Positions 1 through 9,906 of a stretch of 64,000 bases of DNA are shown in pieces (positions within the stretch are counted from its first letter, which is position 1; the number at the start of each line of letters is the position of its first letter). The notes beneath the pieces are model-generated. The model was not told where the DNA came from. It did not search any database and worked only from the letters and a program-made list of their open reading frames with translations. Source of the stretch: an uncultured Candidatus Saccharibacteria bacterium (lineage in GTDB: Bacteria > Patescibacteriota > Saccharimonadia > CAILAD01 > BJGX01). The position numbers were made by a program, and so were the translations under genes. The stretch covers positions 134,160-198,159 of the forward strand of contig CAZKFZ010000002.1 of the NCBI GenBank assembly GCA_964552475.1. The letters run 5' to 3'.

Positions 1-693
1 ATCATTTTGAAGTGGAAAATTAAAATTAACCTCATAAATTGTACTGTCTCCAAAAACCATTAGGGCTGATTTCTTGAGGAGCGACTTATCACCGAAATTA
101 TAAGCTGCCTCCCCCCTCTTTACGCCCAAGCTTGTGGGTTTTACGCCCGTAGTATGGAGTGTGCCGAAGTTTTCCGGTACATAAAGCATTACAGAATATT
201 CACTATTACCCTCTTGGGGTACTGCCGGAATACTGACCGTATGGGCACTGCCCTTGGTTTCTACTAGTTTATTGGTGTTATAGCTTACTATAAACTGCCA
301 ATTAAGTCCTCTACCGGTATTCGGCCTAGGAAATTTTATATTTATTTGTAGATAATTATAGCTATAGCCTTGGCTTTCAGATTTTTTTAGCTCGGTTGTA
401 AAAGGTACGCTGGTACCGTCTGAATATTCTACGGATATATTTTTGGCATCATCTATTGGGGTTGATAACTGTATGCCATCAAGATACTTATTGTCGACAT
501 TATTTGAAACACTATACGTTTCCTCCACTCTGGTGGTAGTGTCTGATTGTACTCTATAAACCGCCGATACTTTGTAGTTAAATTCTTCAGAGGCGAAAGT
601 GCGAAATGGTAGTGCCGCAAATAGTACGCTTACAGCTAATATTATTGCAAGCCCACCGTGCATTTGTCGCTTAACTATCCTACTTAAACTCAT
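1..693 (-). CDS. Exported protein, N-terminal part (runs off window start); resembles N-termini of CPR transglutaminase-domain proteins
   Basis: Not in ORF track. Manual translation from ATG at 693: MSLSRIVKRQMHGGLAIILAVSVLFAALPFRTFASEEFNYKVSAVYRV..., open to position 1, with a signal peptide. Family call is from recalled resemblance; no catalytic domain is in the window. Confidence 0.6.
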   Translation of the reverse strand, partial: MSLSRIVKRQMHGGLAIILAVSVLFAALPFRTFASEEFNYKVSAVYRVQSDTTTRVEETYSVSNNVDNKYLDGIQLSTPIDDAKNISVEYSDGTSVPFTTELKKSESQGYSYNYLQINIKFPRPNTGRGLNWQFIVSYNTNKLVETKGSAHTVSIPAVPQEGNSEYSVMLYVPENFGTLHTTGVKPTSLGVKRGEAAYNFGDKSLLKKSALMVFGDSTIYEVNFNFPLQND

Positions 694-721
694 TGTTTTA
701 TTTTAGCATAACTGCTTAGGG

Positions 722-1504
722 CTAGAGTATGCTTAAAGCAACGTCATAAAGATTTTTCCACTGCGCAAAACTTAGTTCTTGTGCGCGAGTGCTTGGTGGT
801 ATCTTAGCATTTATGAGCAACTTTTCGGCAACACTACCTTTTATATGTAAACTACCGGCTAAACTATTTCTAAGCGTCTTGCGTTTCTGTGAGAAACCAG
901 CCTTTACCAGTCGCATAAATACGTCTGGATTTACGTCAATTATTGGATTGTCTAATAGAGTAATTTTTATAATTGCAGAGTCAACTTTTGGTGGAGGCTG
1001 AAACTTGTCTTTAGTAACTATAACAACTAGCTGAGGCTTAGCGAGTAGCTGTACGCTTATTGCTAATGTCGACATTTTACCAGGTTGGGCTACAATAGTT
1101 TCAGCCACTTCTTTTTGTATTAATAAGATAATATTTTTGGGAGGATTATTACTAGAAAGTAAATTTCTTAATAATATAGAGGTAAGATAATAAGGTATAT
1201 TTGCTACAACAATATATTTGGGAGGCAATAGATCTAGCTTAAACTTCAGAATGTCTTCTTCAATAATCTCAACATTATTTTTAAGCGCAAATTGTGCTCT
1301 TAGACCAGGCACCAGGTCACTATCTTTTTCTATGGCAACTACTTTTTTACAACGCTCAGCCAACATTTCGGTGAGAGGCCCTCTGCCAGGACCAATCTCT
1401 AAAACTGTATCTTCACTTTTTAATTTGGCAACATCAATAATAGCGCGGAGTGTAGATTGGTCGAACAACCAATGCTGACCAAGTGATTTTTTAGTTCTAG
1501 GCAT
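722..1504 (-). CDS. rsmA: 16S rRNA m6,2A dimethyltransferase
   Basis: KKSLGQHWL, VLEIGPGRG, VANIPYY, PPPKVDSA, FSQKRKTLRN motifs; start moved to MPRTKK (1504). Confidence 0.95.
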   Translation of the reverse strand: MPRTKKSLGQHWLFDQSTLRAIIDVAKLKSEDTVLEIGPGRGPLTEMLAERCKKVVAIEKDSDLVPGLRAQFALKNNVEIIEEDILKFKLDLLPPKYIVVANIPYYLTSILLRNLLSSNNPPKNIILLIQKEVAETIVAQPGKMSTLAISVQLLAKPQLVVIVTKDKFQPPPKVDSAIIKITLLDNPIIDVNPDVFMRLVKAGFSQKRKTLRNSLAGSLHIKGSVAEKLLINAKIPPSTRAQELSFAQWKNLYDVALSIL

Positions 1505-1582
1505 ATCTTCAAGTATTAAGTAATAAAGTTCAACTTGCAAGCAAATGTATATTTAAACTTCAATATTAATATAATAATTATT

Positions 1583-2767
1583 CTACTTAAGAAATCTTCC
1601 GCAGAGTGGCCAGGGGCTAGCGCCACGTCTTTTATAGGTATCTAGTGCTTTGGCGTCTTGTACGGCTGGTGGAGCATCGGCAGGGTCGTAGTAGCCACCA
1701 TAGTTGTTCCAGGTAGCAAAATCGAATTGATATGCACCACGATATTTGGGGTTGCGTTTATTGGCATAATTTCCACCAGATTCACAAGCACGTAGCTTAG
1801 CCCAACCATCGGTATTTAGAGTAGCCGGACCCACCACTACTACTTTAGCTACTGGCTCAATAGTAACTTTTTCTTCAAACAACGTCCTATTTTGTTCAAT
1901 GCCATCTACCTCGGTAACTAGAAAACTTGTTATTTTTTTACCTGGCGATCCAGGATTTTGTACTTGATTATAGCCAGTGGGTTTAGTTTCATCTGTCTGA
2001 GTAACTGTGATGGGTGCGATTTCGGTTTCTTGGGTAATGAGTCTTTGAGATGTATGACTCACAATAACCTTCATGCCCGAATATATCTGACTATCGAAAG
2101 GCACATTAATTCCATCGCTCGCATTCACATTGAGCCTTTTTTCGTAGACAAGTTCAGAGACTGTTTTGGCGTGAGTACGAAACTCAAAAGTTTGACCAGA
2201 AAGCACTACAGTCACCGGAATAGCTCTTTTTATAACAAGTTGTTGGCCTACCGATTGGCTTTGCACAAATTCATCAACCCTCTCAGTCTCTACAATGTCT
2301 TCAGGATAAAGTTTGATTCCAGCCTGTTCAATGACTTTTTTGGGTGTACGATAACCAGATGTAATAGAAATTGATTTGTCGCCATCAATAATTTCATAAG
2401 TAAAAGCACGATAAATATTAACATTGGTTACACCCATAGTTATTGGCTCACCAAGTGAAGGCTCCACAACATCACCTTTTTGAAGAGTAATACCCATTTT
2501 ATCTAGAGCTTCGCCTACTGTAGCAGCGCCAGTAGCAACTGTTTTGTTTTGACCATCGTAATACACCGAAACCAAGTTCTGATCACTAGCTAGAGCAGTT
2601 GTATTGGCTGTAAACTGATCGTGAGACCAGGCGATTGTAGTAAGAATAAATATAAAAACAAGCCCTGCAACAATCAGGCCCCGCTTGAATGTGTATGGCT
2701 TTGGTTTGGGATTATTTGGTTTTGCTACTTTTTTTCTATGTGTAGCTTGAATATCACTAACGCGCAA
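1583..2767 (-). CDS. RpfB-like resuscitation-promoting factor (TM, DUF348 repeats, G5, lytic transglycosylase)
   Basis: ATVGEAL/KTVSELV DUF348 repeats, G5-like segment, C-terminal WAKLRACESGGNY...GAYQF...TW...PWPLC; adjacent to rsmA. Confidence 0.9.
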   Translation of the reverse strand: MRVSDIQATHRKKVAKPNNPKPKPYTFKRGLIVAGLVFIFILTTIAWSHDQFTANTTALASDQNLVSVYYDGQNKTVATGAATVGEALDKMGITLQKGDVVEPSLGEPITMGVTNVNIYRAFTYEIIDGDKSISITSGYRTPKKVIEQAGIKLYPEDIVETERVDEFVQSQSVGQQLVIKRAIPVTVVLSGQTFEFRTHAKTVSELVYEKRLNVNASDGINVPFDSQIYSGMKVIVSHTSQRLITQETEIAPITVTQTDETKPTGYNQVQNPGSPGKKITSFLVTEVDGIEQNRTLFEEKVTIEPVAKVVVVGPATLNTDGWAKLRACESGGNYANKRNPKYRGAYQFDFATWNNYGGYYDPADAPPAVQDAKALDTYKRRGASPWPLCGRFLK

Positions 2768-2947
2768 CTTTGGTAAAATAACTCGCCTCGCAATTTAAAT
2801 TAATAACTAAAAGACGTTTTTTGTTTTAATTTTTACCTGCTTGATATTGTACCTTCTTATGCTTTGGCCTGTCAATACCTGGTTTGAGCACAAAAAGTGT
2901 TCATATTATTCTAGTGAGTTCTTCATTAAATTATAAGGTTTTTTATA

Positions 2948-5104
2948 TTATACTTTTTTAATATTTGCAAAGTTAAGGTTTAAGGTTTTTTGACCTACTG
3001 TACTAAACTTAATTACTGCTTCTAGATCATTAAGAGACAACACCTTACCTTGTCCAAAACTAGCATGATATACTGTATCTCCAGGGTTTAGTTGGGGTAT
3101 TTCAACAAATGGTTCGTCGTTAAAAGTTTCTGCAATACTCACCAGGTTTTGATTTGCTTGATAATTATTACTTACACTACCAACATGCTCTACAAGATCT
3201 GCTGGTATTTCAGATAAGAATCTAGATGGAGTGCTGTGTTGGGTTGTGCCGTATATGAGTCGAGCATTGGCGGTGGTCATAAATAGGTGTTGTTTGGCAC
3301 GAGTCATACCAACATAGCAAAGTCTTCTCTCTTCTTCTAGCTGACTTGGCTCAAAAAACGTTCTGCTGTGTGGAAAAATACCATCTTCTAAACCAACCAT
3401 AAACACCGTGTTAAACTCCAAGCCCTTTGCCGAGTGGAGAGTCATTAATGTAACAGCTCCTTCATTGTCACGTAAGTTATCTAAATCTGAAATTAAACTA
3501 ATTTCAGTTAAAAATTCCTCTAGATTTAAATTGTTATAAGCCTTTGCTACACTTAGTAATTCTCTAACGTTTTCTATTCTCTCACTCGCACTAATACTTC
3601 CATCATCGAGATAGTCTAAATAACCCGTGCGCTTAATAACGGCTTCTATAAAATCGCTCACTACTAGGTTGGATGATTCTTGCTGTAAGCTAGATATTAC
3701 AGATGCAAAATTACTCAAGCTAGTTGCAGCCTTACTACTTAAACCCTCTATAACACTTGCTTGAGACATAGCATCTAGTAGTGGTATCTCGTACTTTGCA
3801 ACGTAGTCATAAAAAGTTTGCAAACTTTTCTGACCCAGTCCACGTGGGGGCAAATTAATTATCCTTGCCAAAGATACTTGATCATTTGGCTGAAAAATAA
3901 ATCTTAAATACGACAAAGTATCTTTTATTTCTTTTCTTTCATAAAACCTTACTCCACCAATTATTTGGTAGCCTACGCCATAACGTAAAAATGACTCTTC
4001 TAGGCTTCGGGATTGAGCATTGGTACGATACAAAACCGCAAAGTCGTGAAGACTCAGGTGAGAATCTTGCTTTATCATCTCTTGAATAGTTTGAATAATG
4101 TATCTACCCTCTTCTAGCTCATCTCTCACAGCGACCAACTTAATTTTTTCACCGCTACTAGCATCGGTCCATAATTTCTTTTCTGAACGCGCCAAGTTTT
4201 TACTAATGACTGCGCCAGCTGCATCTAGAATAGTTTGAGTGCTTCTGTAATTACGCTCTAATTTAATTATTTTGGCTTTGGGATAGTCTTTTTCGAAATT
4301 TAAAATGTTTTCGTAATTAGCCCCGCGCCAAGAGTATATACTCTGCCAATCATCACCCACTACACAAACATTTTGGTGCTTTTCACCAAGCAACTTAATA
4401 AGTTTGTATTGGGCGTGATTAGTGTCTTGGTACTCATCTACCAATATATACTTAAATTGTTTCTGATATTTTTCACGTAACAACGAATCTTCTTGAAGGA
4501 GCATTACGAGCTTCATAATGAGATCGTCAAAATCCATTGCCTCGGCTTTTTGCAGAGCAAGTTGATAACGTGGATATATTTCTGCAGAAATTTCTTGTAA
4601 ACGTCCGACAGCTAATCTCTTGTATTCATCTGGGCCAATAAGCTCGTTTTTGGCGCTAGATATTACATTTGCCACACCATTAGGAGTAATTTGTTTTTCA
4701 TCTAGCTTCATCTCGTTGATAATCTTTTTTATAAGAGAGTGGCTATCGGCTGAATCGTAAATTAAAAAACTACTACTGTAGCCGATTGCGCTGGACTCAC
4801 GGCGTAGTATTCTATTAGAGATGGAATGAAAAGTTCCCAAAAAAGGCATATATTGAGTATTGTCTTCGTCAAACTGTAGAAGACGCGCAACTCTACGGCG
4901 CATTTCACCGGCTGCCTTATTTGTAAAAGTAACCGCCAGTATATTGGCCGGATCGATCTTCTTATCTTGTACTAGATAAGCCAAGCGATGAGTAAGGGCC
5001 TTGGTCTTACCGCTACCAGCACCTGCCAGCATTAATACTGGACCTTCGGTAGTAATAACCGCTTCTTTTTGTTGCTCGTTTAAGCCTTTTAGCACATCTT
5101 TCAT
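2948..5104 (-). CDS. pcrA: UvrD/PcrA DNA helicase
   Basis: LAGAGSGKT, FTNKAA, VDEYQDTN, LERNYRS, HSAKGLEF, EERRLCYVGMTRA. Confidence 0.95.
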   Translation of the reverse strand: MKDVLKGLNEQQKEAVITTEGPVLMLAGAGSGKTKALTHRLAYLVQDKKIDPANILAVTFTNKAAGEMRRRVARLLQFDEDNTQYMPFLGTFHSISNRILRRESSAIGYSSSFLIYDSADSHSLIKKIINEMKLDEKQITPNGVANVISSAKNELIGPDEYKRLAVGRLQEISAEIYPRYQLALQKAEAMDFDDLIMKLVMLLQEDSLLREKYQKQFKYILVDEYQDTNHAQYKLIKLLGEKHQNVCVVGDDWQSIYSWRGANYENILNFEKDYPKAKIIKLERNYRSTQTILDAAGAVISKNLARSEKKLWTDASSGEKIKLVAVRDELEEGRYIIQTIQEMIKQDSHLSLHDFAVLYRTNAQSRSLEESFLRYGVGYQIIGGVRFYERKEIKDTLSYLRFIFQPNDQVSLARIINLPPRGLGQKSLQTFYDYVAKYEIPLLDAMSQASVIEGLSSKAATSLSNFASVISSLQQESSNLVVSDFIEAVIKRTGYLDYLDDGSISASERIENVRELLSVAKAYNNLNLEEFLTEISLISDLDNLRDNEGAVTLMTLHSAKGLEFNTVFMVGLEDGIFPHSRTFFEPSQLEEERRLCYVGMTRAKQHLFMTTANARLIYGTTQHSTPSRFLSEIPADLVEHVGSVSNNYQANQNLVSIAETFNDEPFVEIPQLNPGDTVYHASFGQGKVLSLNDLEAVIKFSTVGQKTLNLNFANIKKV

Positions 5105-5153
5105 TAGCTTATTGTACTATACGAACTTTGGCCGAACAGAAAACTAACATGCT

Positions 5154-5681
5154 TTATTTTCTTACATCTTCGTTGTAGCGCTCTACGCACTCACTAAAAA
5201 TTACTTTGGCTTCTTCAAAGCCGGCAAAGCCTTTTATTTCTACAATGTCACCTTTAAGATCTTTGTAGTGTTCAAAGTAATGTTTTACTGCATGTTTCCA
5301 ATGTTCAGCTACATCATCTAGTGATTTAATATCATCATAGTGCTTGTCGTCACTTGGTACTCCAATAAGTTTGTTGTCTACCTCGCCGCTGTCTATCATG
5401 TACATCACTCCTATAACACGGGTAGGTACAATCAAACCCATTGGCATGGGGTCGTCTGAGATAAGTAACATATCAAGAGCATCACCATCTTCATCGAGTG
5501 TAGAAGGAACGAAGCCATAATCGCTAGGACTACCTAGGTGAGTTTGGTGAACTCTGTCGAGTACAAAGTTTTTTAGTTCTCTCTCGTATTCAATTTTTAA
5601 TCGGCTACCTTTTGGGTTTTCTATAACTGTATTAACAATTTCAGGAGCTTTATCGCCGTAAGTAATATCTAAAAGTGACAT
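5154..5681 (-). CDS. ppa: Family I inorganic pyrophosphatase
   Basis: DYGFVPSTLDEDGDALDML, MIDSGEVDNKLI, YFEHYKDL. Confidence 0.92.
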   Translation of the reverse strand: MSLLDITYGDKAPEIVNTVIENPKGSRLKIEYERELKNFVLDRVHQTHLGSPSDYGFVPSTLDEDGDALDMLLISDDPMPMGLIVPTRVIGVMYMIDSGEVDNKLIGVPSDDKHYDDIKSLDDVAEHWKHAVKHYFEHYKDLKGDIVEIKGFAGFEEAKVIFSECVERYNEDVRK

Positions 5682-5749
5682 TTATTATTTCTTTCTATTT
5701 AATTATTTCAAAGCTAATTATACCTGTTGAGTTCAAATAATGCTACCGG

Positions 5750-6526
5750 CTATGTAAGAGTGCTGGCGTTTACAATGTCGGTAAACTTTTTATAATCTAA
5801 ACTAGCGCCGCCAACCAACAATCCATCTATTCCTTGCAAATTAAGATAAGTCTTGGCGTTTTGTGGCTCCACACTACCTCCGTATAGCACTCTAACCTTC
5901 ATGCTCGCAAGACGGCCGTAGGTGTGAGCCAGAGTATTTCTAATAAGTAATATCATCTCTTCTACTACAGCAGGTTTTGCAAAGTTACCAGTACCAATAG
6001 CCCAAACTGGTTCGTAGGCAATTGCTAGATCTTTTATTTCATCATCAGTAATACCATGTAATGCTGTGTTTATTTGGTCTAAAACCGTTTGCTTTGCACG
6101 ACCCTCACTACGCTGTTGCTGAGTTTCTCCTACACACAATATAGGTTTTAGATTGTGTCGCATAGCTATCACTAGCTTTTGAGAATCTATCTTGTCAGTC
6201 TCATTATAATATTTTCGTCTTTCAGAATGACCAACAATGACGTAGTCTGCCAAGCCTTTTACCATACTTGCTGATATTTCGCCGGTGTATGCACCCTCTT
6301 CGTGTTCACTAATGTTTTGAGCGCCAAGTTTAAAACTTGATTTGTTTTTTATATTAATTAGCTCACGGTGCAAAACAAAAAGATGCGTAGCTGGAGGACA
6401 TAGTACTATGTCGCACATAGGAAACTCCCCAATCTCTTTTCGTAAGCGATCAAATAGTAAAGAACCTTCACTAATTGTGGTGTTCATTTTCCAATTACCG
6501 ACTATAAGTTTTTTGGGTGTAGACAT
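5750..6526 (-). CDS. tpiA: Triosephosphate isomerase
   Basis: VGNWKMN, VGHSERR, AYEPVWAIGTG, YGGSV, LVGGASL. Confidence 0.97.
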   Translation of the reverse strand: MSTPKKLIVGNWKMNTTISEGSLLFDRLRKEIGEFPMCDIVLCPPATHLFVLHRELINIKNKSSFKLGAQNISEHEEGAYTGEISASMVKGLADYVIVGHSERRKYYNETDKIDSQKLVIAMRHNLKPILCVGETQQQRSEGRAKQTVLDQINTALHGITDDEIKDLAIAYEPVWAIGTGNFAKPAVVEEMILLIRNTLAHTYGRLASMKVRVLYGGSVEPQNAKTYLNLQGIDGLLVGGASLDYKKFTDIVNASTLT

Positions 6527-6559
6527 AAGAATTATTATAGTCTATTGCCCATCGAGATA

Positions 6560-8092
6560 CTAGACTTCTACTAATCTCACAGTGTCTGTTCCGCCTACAA
6601 CACTTGAGTGAGTACCAAAAGCTAACACTACCCAATCACCAGGACGTAGGTTTTTCTTTGCAATTAATTTTTTAATGACACCACCGCTAATATGGTGTTT
6701 TTTGGGCACTAAGTATGGTTTTCCACCCCAAACAAGTGCCATCTGATTGCAAACCTTTTCATCGGGCGAGGCGATAATCATTGGCATGGGTGGTCTTAGT
6801 GATGCTATTGAAAGAGCCGTGGAACCAGTAAGAGTTTCAGCAAGTATTATTTTGGCCCCTACTTGTTCGGCAAGCGTAATAGCCGCCAAGCTAACACTAG
6901 TTTGAGCATCGGCGCTAGCAATTTTACTTGGTTTTACTTTAGCCCTAAGTAACTTTCGAGATTGAGTAATAAAACGACTCACTTTGCCAACCTGTTGCTC
7001 GTAATCTATTGGCAATTGGGTAGTTCTACCATTAGAGTCTGGCATTAAGTCTATCTCCAGGCGATTATTTGAATAGTAACTTTCGCTTTTTAAAATTACA
7101 CGTTTCATAAGCTGTACGGTCTGTAATGGATATTGACCAGCCGCAGTTTCGCCCGAGAGCATTACACAACTCACACCTAGACTAACAGCGCTCGCAATAT
7201 CATTAACTTCTGCACGAGTGGGTTGAGGATTAGATACCATACTTTCTAGCATTTGAGTTGCCATAATAACCGGTTTTTTATATGCACGTGCTTTTTGAAT
7301 TATCTCACGCCCTATTAAAGGCACTTCTTCGTTGCTAGTTTCTATAGCTAGGTCGCCTCTAGCAATCATTACAATGTCTGATGCTGCGATAATAGACTCT
7401 AGGTTTTGTGTAGCTACCTTTGTTTCGATTTTCGCAATTACTCTAGCCCGACTGCCATTCTGTTTTAGCAAATTTTTTAAGAAAATAATATTTTCAGCAG
7501 TTTGAACGAAACTCAAAGCAACATAGTCTACATCGTTAGCATAAGTAAACTCTAAATCTTTTTTATCTTTTGGAGTAATAATAGTCTTGGAGTCAAAGAC
7601 AGTATCAGGAAGGTTAACTCCATGATTACTCATGACTTTACCCGAGTTTTTAATCTCTACCTTCACTTCATTATTTTCTATACTTAGTATTTCCGTACCA
7701 ACCGTACCATCACGCAAAAATATTCTGTCGCCTTTTTTTACTAGGTGTGAAAAATTAAATTGAATCGGTAAATGATCTTTGTCACACTTCTTGTTAAAAC
7801 AAAAGGTAATTTTTTGACCAGCTCTAAGTTCTACACCGCCTTGTGGCAAGGCACCAAGACGTATTTTAGGACCCTGCAAATCTTGAATAATTGCTACCGA
7901 TCTATCAAGTTTTTTTGCTGCTTTACGGGCATTGAGTAAAACAGATCTATGCCATGCATGGGTATTATGACTAAAATTGAGCCTAACGCCATTCACGCCA
8001 GCCGACAAAAGATCTTCTATCTTCTCTTCACTAGCAGGGCCAATAGTGGCTATTATCTTGGTTTTTTTAAAGGTTGATGCATCGCTACTCAT
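6560..8092 (-). CDS. pyk: Pyruvate kinase
   Basis: TKIIATIGPAS, RLNFSH, DLQGPKIR, AKIE, MIARGDL, ATQMLESM, MLSGETA. Confidence 0.97.
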   Translation of the reverse strand: MSSDASTFKKTKIIATIGPASEEKIEDLLSAGVNGVRLNFSHNTHAWHRSVLLNARKAAKKLDRSVAIIQDLQGPKIRLGALPQGGVELRAGQKITFCFNKKCDKDHLPIQFNFSHLVKKGDRIFLRDGTVGTEILSIENNEVKVEIKNSGKVMSNHGVNLPDTVFDSKTIITPKDKKDLEFTYANDVDYVALSFVQTAENIIFLKNLLKQNGSRARVIAKIETKVATQNLESIIAASDIVMIARGDLAIETSNEEVPLIGREIIQKARAYKKPVIMATQMLESMVSNPQPTRAEVNDIASAVSLGVSCVMLSGETAAGQYPLQTVQLMKRVILKSESYYSNNRLEIDLMPDSNGRTTQLPIDYEQQVGKVSRFITQSRKLLRAKVKPSKIASADAQTSVSLAAITLAEQVGAKIILAETLTGSTALSIASLRPPMPMIIASPDEKVCNQMALVWGGKPYLVPKKHHISGGVIKKLIAKKNLRPGDWVVLAFGTHSSVVGGTDTVRLVEV

Positions 8093-8155
8093 AACCTTAC
8101 TATACTGTAAGCATAAGTAAGTTACTAGACACTTCTAGATATCTAGATAAAAATC

Positions 8156-8452
8156 TTAGGCAGAATTCTGCAAATCTTCTGAATCGCCCAACTCTTCTTC
8201 TGTAGTTTTAGCTTCTTCTCCCCAGTCGTAGGGCCTAGGTTCTTTTGGACTAAATGTTACGGCATTTGAATCTGGTGTCGCTGTAGTACTTTGTTCTGGT
8301 CTTATAGGTTCTTTGGTTGCCTGCATATCGACATCTAATCTACCTTGTGCTTTATCTGTGCCCATACCCTTCTTGTAGCCAAAGTCGGTTAGGCTAGTTC
8401 TGCGTGAATCGGAAGTTGGCGGTTGCGGATCTGATAGTCTCTCTGGTGACAT
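8156..8452 (-). CDS. Small hydrophilic, probably disordered hypothetical protein
   Basis: ORF with SD-like AAAGGA before MSPERL (8452). Confidence 0.55.
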   Translation of the reverse strand: MSPERLSDPQPPTSDSRRTSLTDFGYKKGMGTDKAQGRLDVDMQATKEPIRPEQSTTATPDSNAVTFSPKEPRPYDWGEEAKTTEEELGDSEDLQNSA

Positions 8453-8579
8453 AGTCGTTCCTTTTTTAATTCTTAAGCTTACTATACTATAGGTATAGAT
8501 ATCATTCAACAAAGTCTTGAGTAAGTAGGTGGTTTATGCTATGATTCAATCTGTTAATAACCAAATGAATTCAGTTGAT

Positions 8580-8654
8580 GGCCCCATCGTCTAGGGGTTA
8601 GGACACCAGGTTTTCATCCTGGCAACAGGGGTTCGAATCCCCTTGGGGTCACCA
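8580..8654 (+). tRNA. tRNA-Glu(TTC)
   Basis: GGCCCCA acceptor stem, CCAGG-TT TTC AT-CCTGG anticodon arm, GGTTCGAATCC, encoded CCA. Confidence 0.96.
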
Positions 8655-8706
8655 ACTTAATTTATTTAAATCAGTATTTGTAATATTATTTGATATACTT
8701 ATAATT

Positions 8707-9906
8707 ATGAATAAACTGCTTACGCTTGAAGATATTAATATAGAAAACAAAAAAGTTTTTTTACGCGTTGACTATAATGTAGTTACTGATGGAAAGATAA
8801 TAGATGAGTTTAGAGTAAGTTCTAGTTTATCTACCATTAAATATTTGCTAGAAAAGAACTGTTCAATTATCTTAGCTAGTCACAATGGTAGACCAGGTGG
8901 TAAGCGAGTAGAGAGTATGAGCCTTCGGCCAGTAGCTAAGCTCTTGCCCAGACTACTTAATCGAGATGTAATTTTTTTGGATGACTGTATAGGAGAAGAA
9001 GTTCAGGATACAGCTAAATACTTAAGACCTGGCGACATATTGTTACTAGAAAATTTACGTTTTCACTCTGGTGAAGAATCTAATAATGCAGCTTTTGCAA
9101 AAGAATTGGCGAGTTTGGCTGAAGTGTATGTAGATGATGCCTTTGCGGCAGTACATAGAGCACACGCCAGTACAGTTGGCGTACCAAAATTACTACCTCA
9201 CTGTGCTGGCAAACTGGTACAAAAAGAATACGAGATGTTTACTATGCTAATGGACAAACCACCTCGCCCCTACACCGCCGTAATTGGTGGTGCCAAGACA
9301 AGCGATAAAATTGCCGTACTAAGTGAGCTACTAAGACACGTCAATGCTCTACTAATAGGCGGTGCTATGGCTAACACTTTTTTAGCTGCAGCAGGACACA
9401 ATCTTCGTGGTAGTAAAATAGAAAAAGATAGTATAAAAGACGCTCTAAAGATTATTCAGTCTGCAAAAAGGCGAAAAGTAAAACTTTTGTTGCCTAGTGA
9501 TCTAGTGGTAGCAAAGAAGGTGGACAATAGACAAAAAGGTAAGGTAGTAAAAGTAGATAAACTAGTTCCTGGTGATTTAGCGCTCGATATCGGTCCAGAT
9601 ACTATGGATGTATTTAATAAAATCGTTTCTCAAAGCCATACAGTTTTTTGGAATGGTACTATGGGAATTGCCGAAATACCTGCTTTTGCCAAAGCGAGCG
9701 ATAGCCTCGCTCACGCCATGATAAGTTCAGATGCTCAGACTATAGTAGGAGGTGGGGATACCGCAGCGTTTGTAGACAAGATTAACTTAAATGAGCATTT
9801 TAGCTTTGTTTCTACTGGTGGTGGTGCTAGCTTAGAATTACTTGCTGGCAAAAAACTACCTGGTCTTGAAGTACTAATGAGAAAGAAAGTTAGTATAGCT
9901 ACTTAG
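8707..9906 (+). CDS. pgk: Phosphoglycerate kinase
   Basis: RVDYNV, SHNGRP, LLENLRF, DAFAAVHRAHAS, GGGDT, STGGGASLE. Confidence 0.97.
   Translation: MNKLLTLEDINIENKKVFLRVDYNVVTDGKIIDEFRVSSSLSTIKYLLEKNCSIILASHNGRPGGKRVESMSLRPVAKLLPRLLNRDVIFLDDCIGEEVQDTAKYLRPGDILLLENLRFHSGEESNNAAFAKELASLAEVYVDDAFAAVHRAHASTVGVPKLLPHCAGKLVQKEYEMFTMLMDKPPRPYTAVIGGAKTSDKIAVLSELLRHVNALLIGGAMANTFLAAAGHNLRGSKIEKDSIKDALKIIQSAKRRKVKLLLPSDLVVAKKVDNRQKGKVVKVDKLVPGDLALDIGPDTMDVFNKIVSQSHTVFWNGTMGIAEIPAFAKASDSLAHAMISSDAQTIVGGGDTAAFVDKINLNEHFSFVSTGGGASLELLAGKKLPGLEVLMRKKVSIAT

Noticed and set aside
6900-7080. Possible intein or mobile insert in pyruvate kinase (extra linker before the C domain)
   Set aside because: Too short and lacks intein terminal motifs; probably a lineage-specific loop
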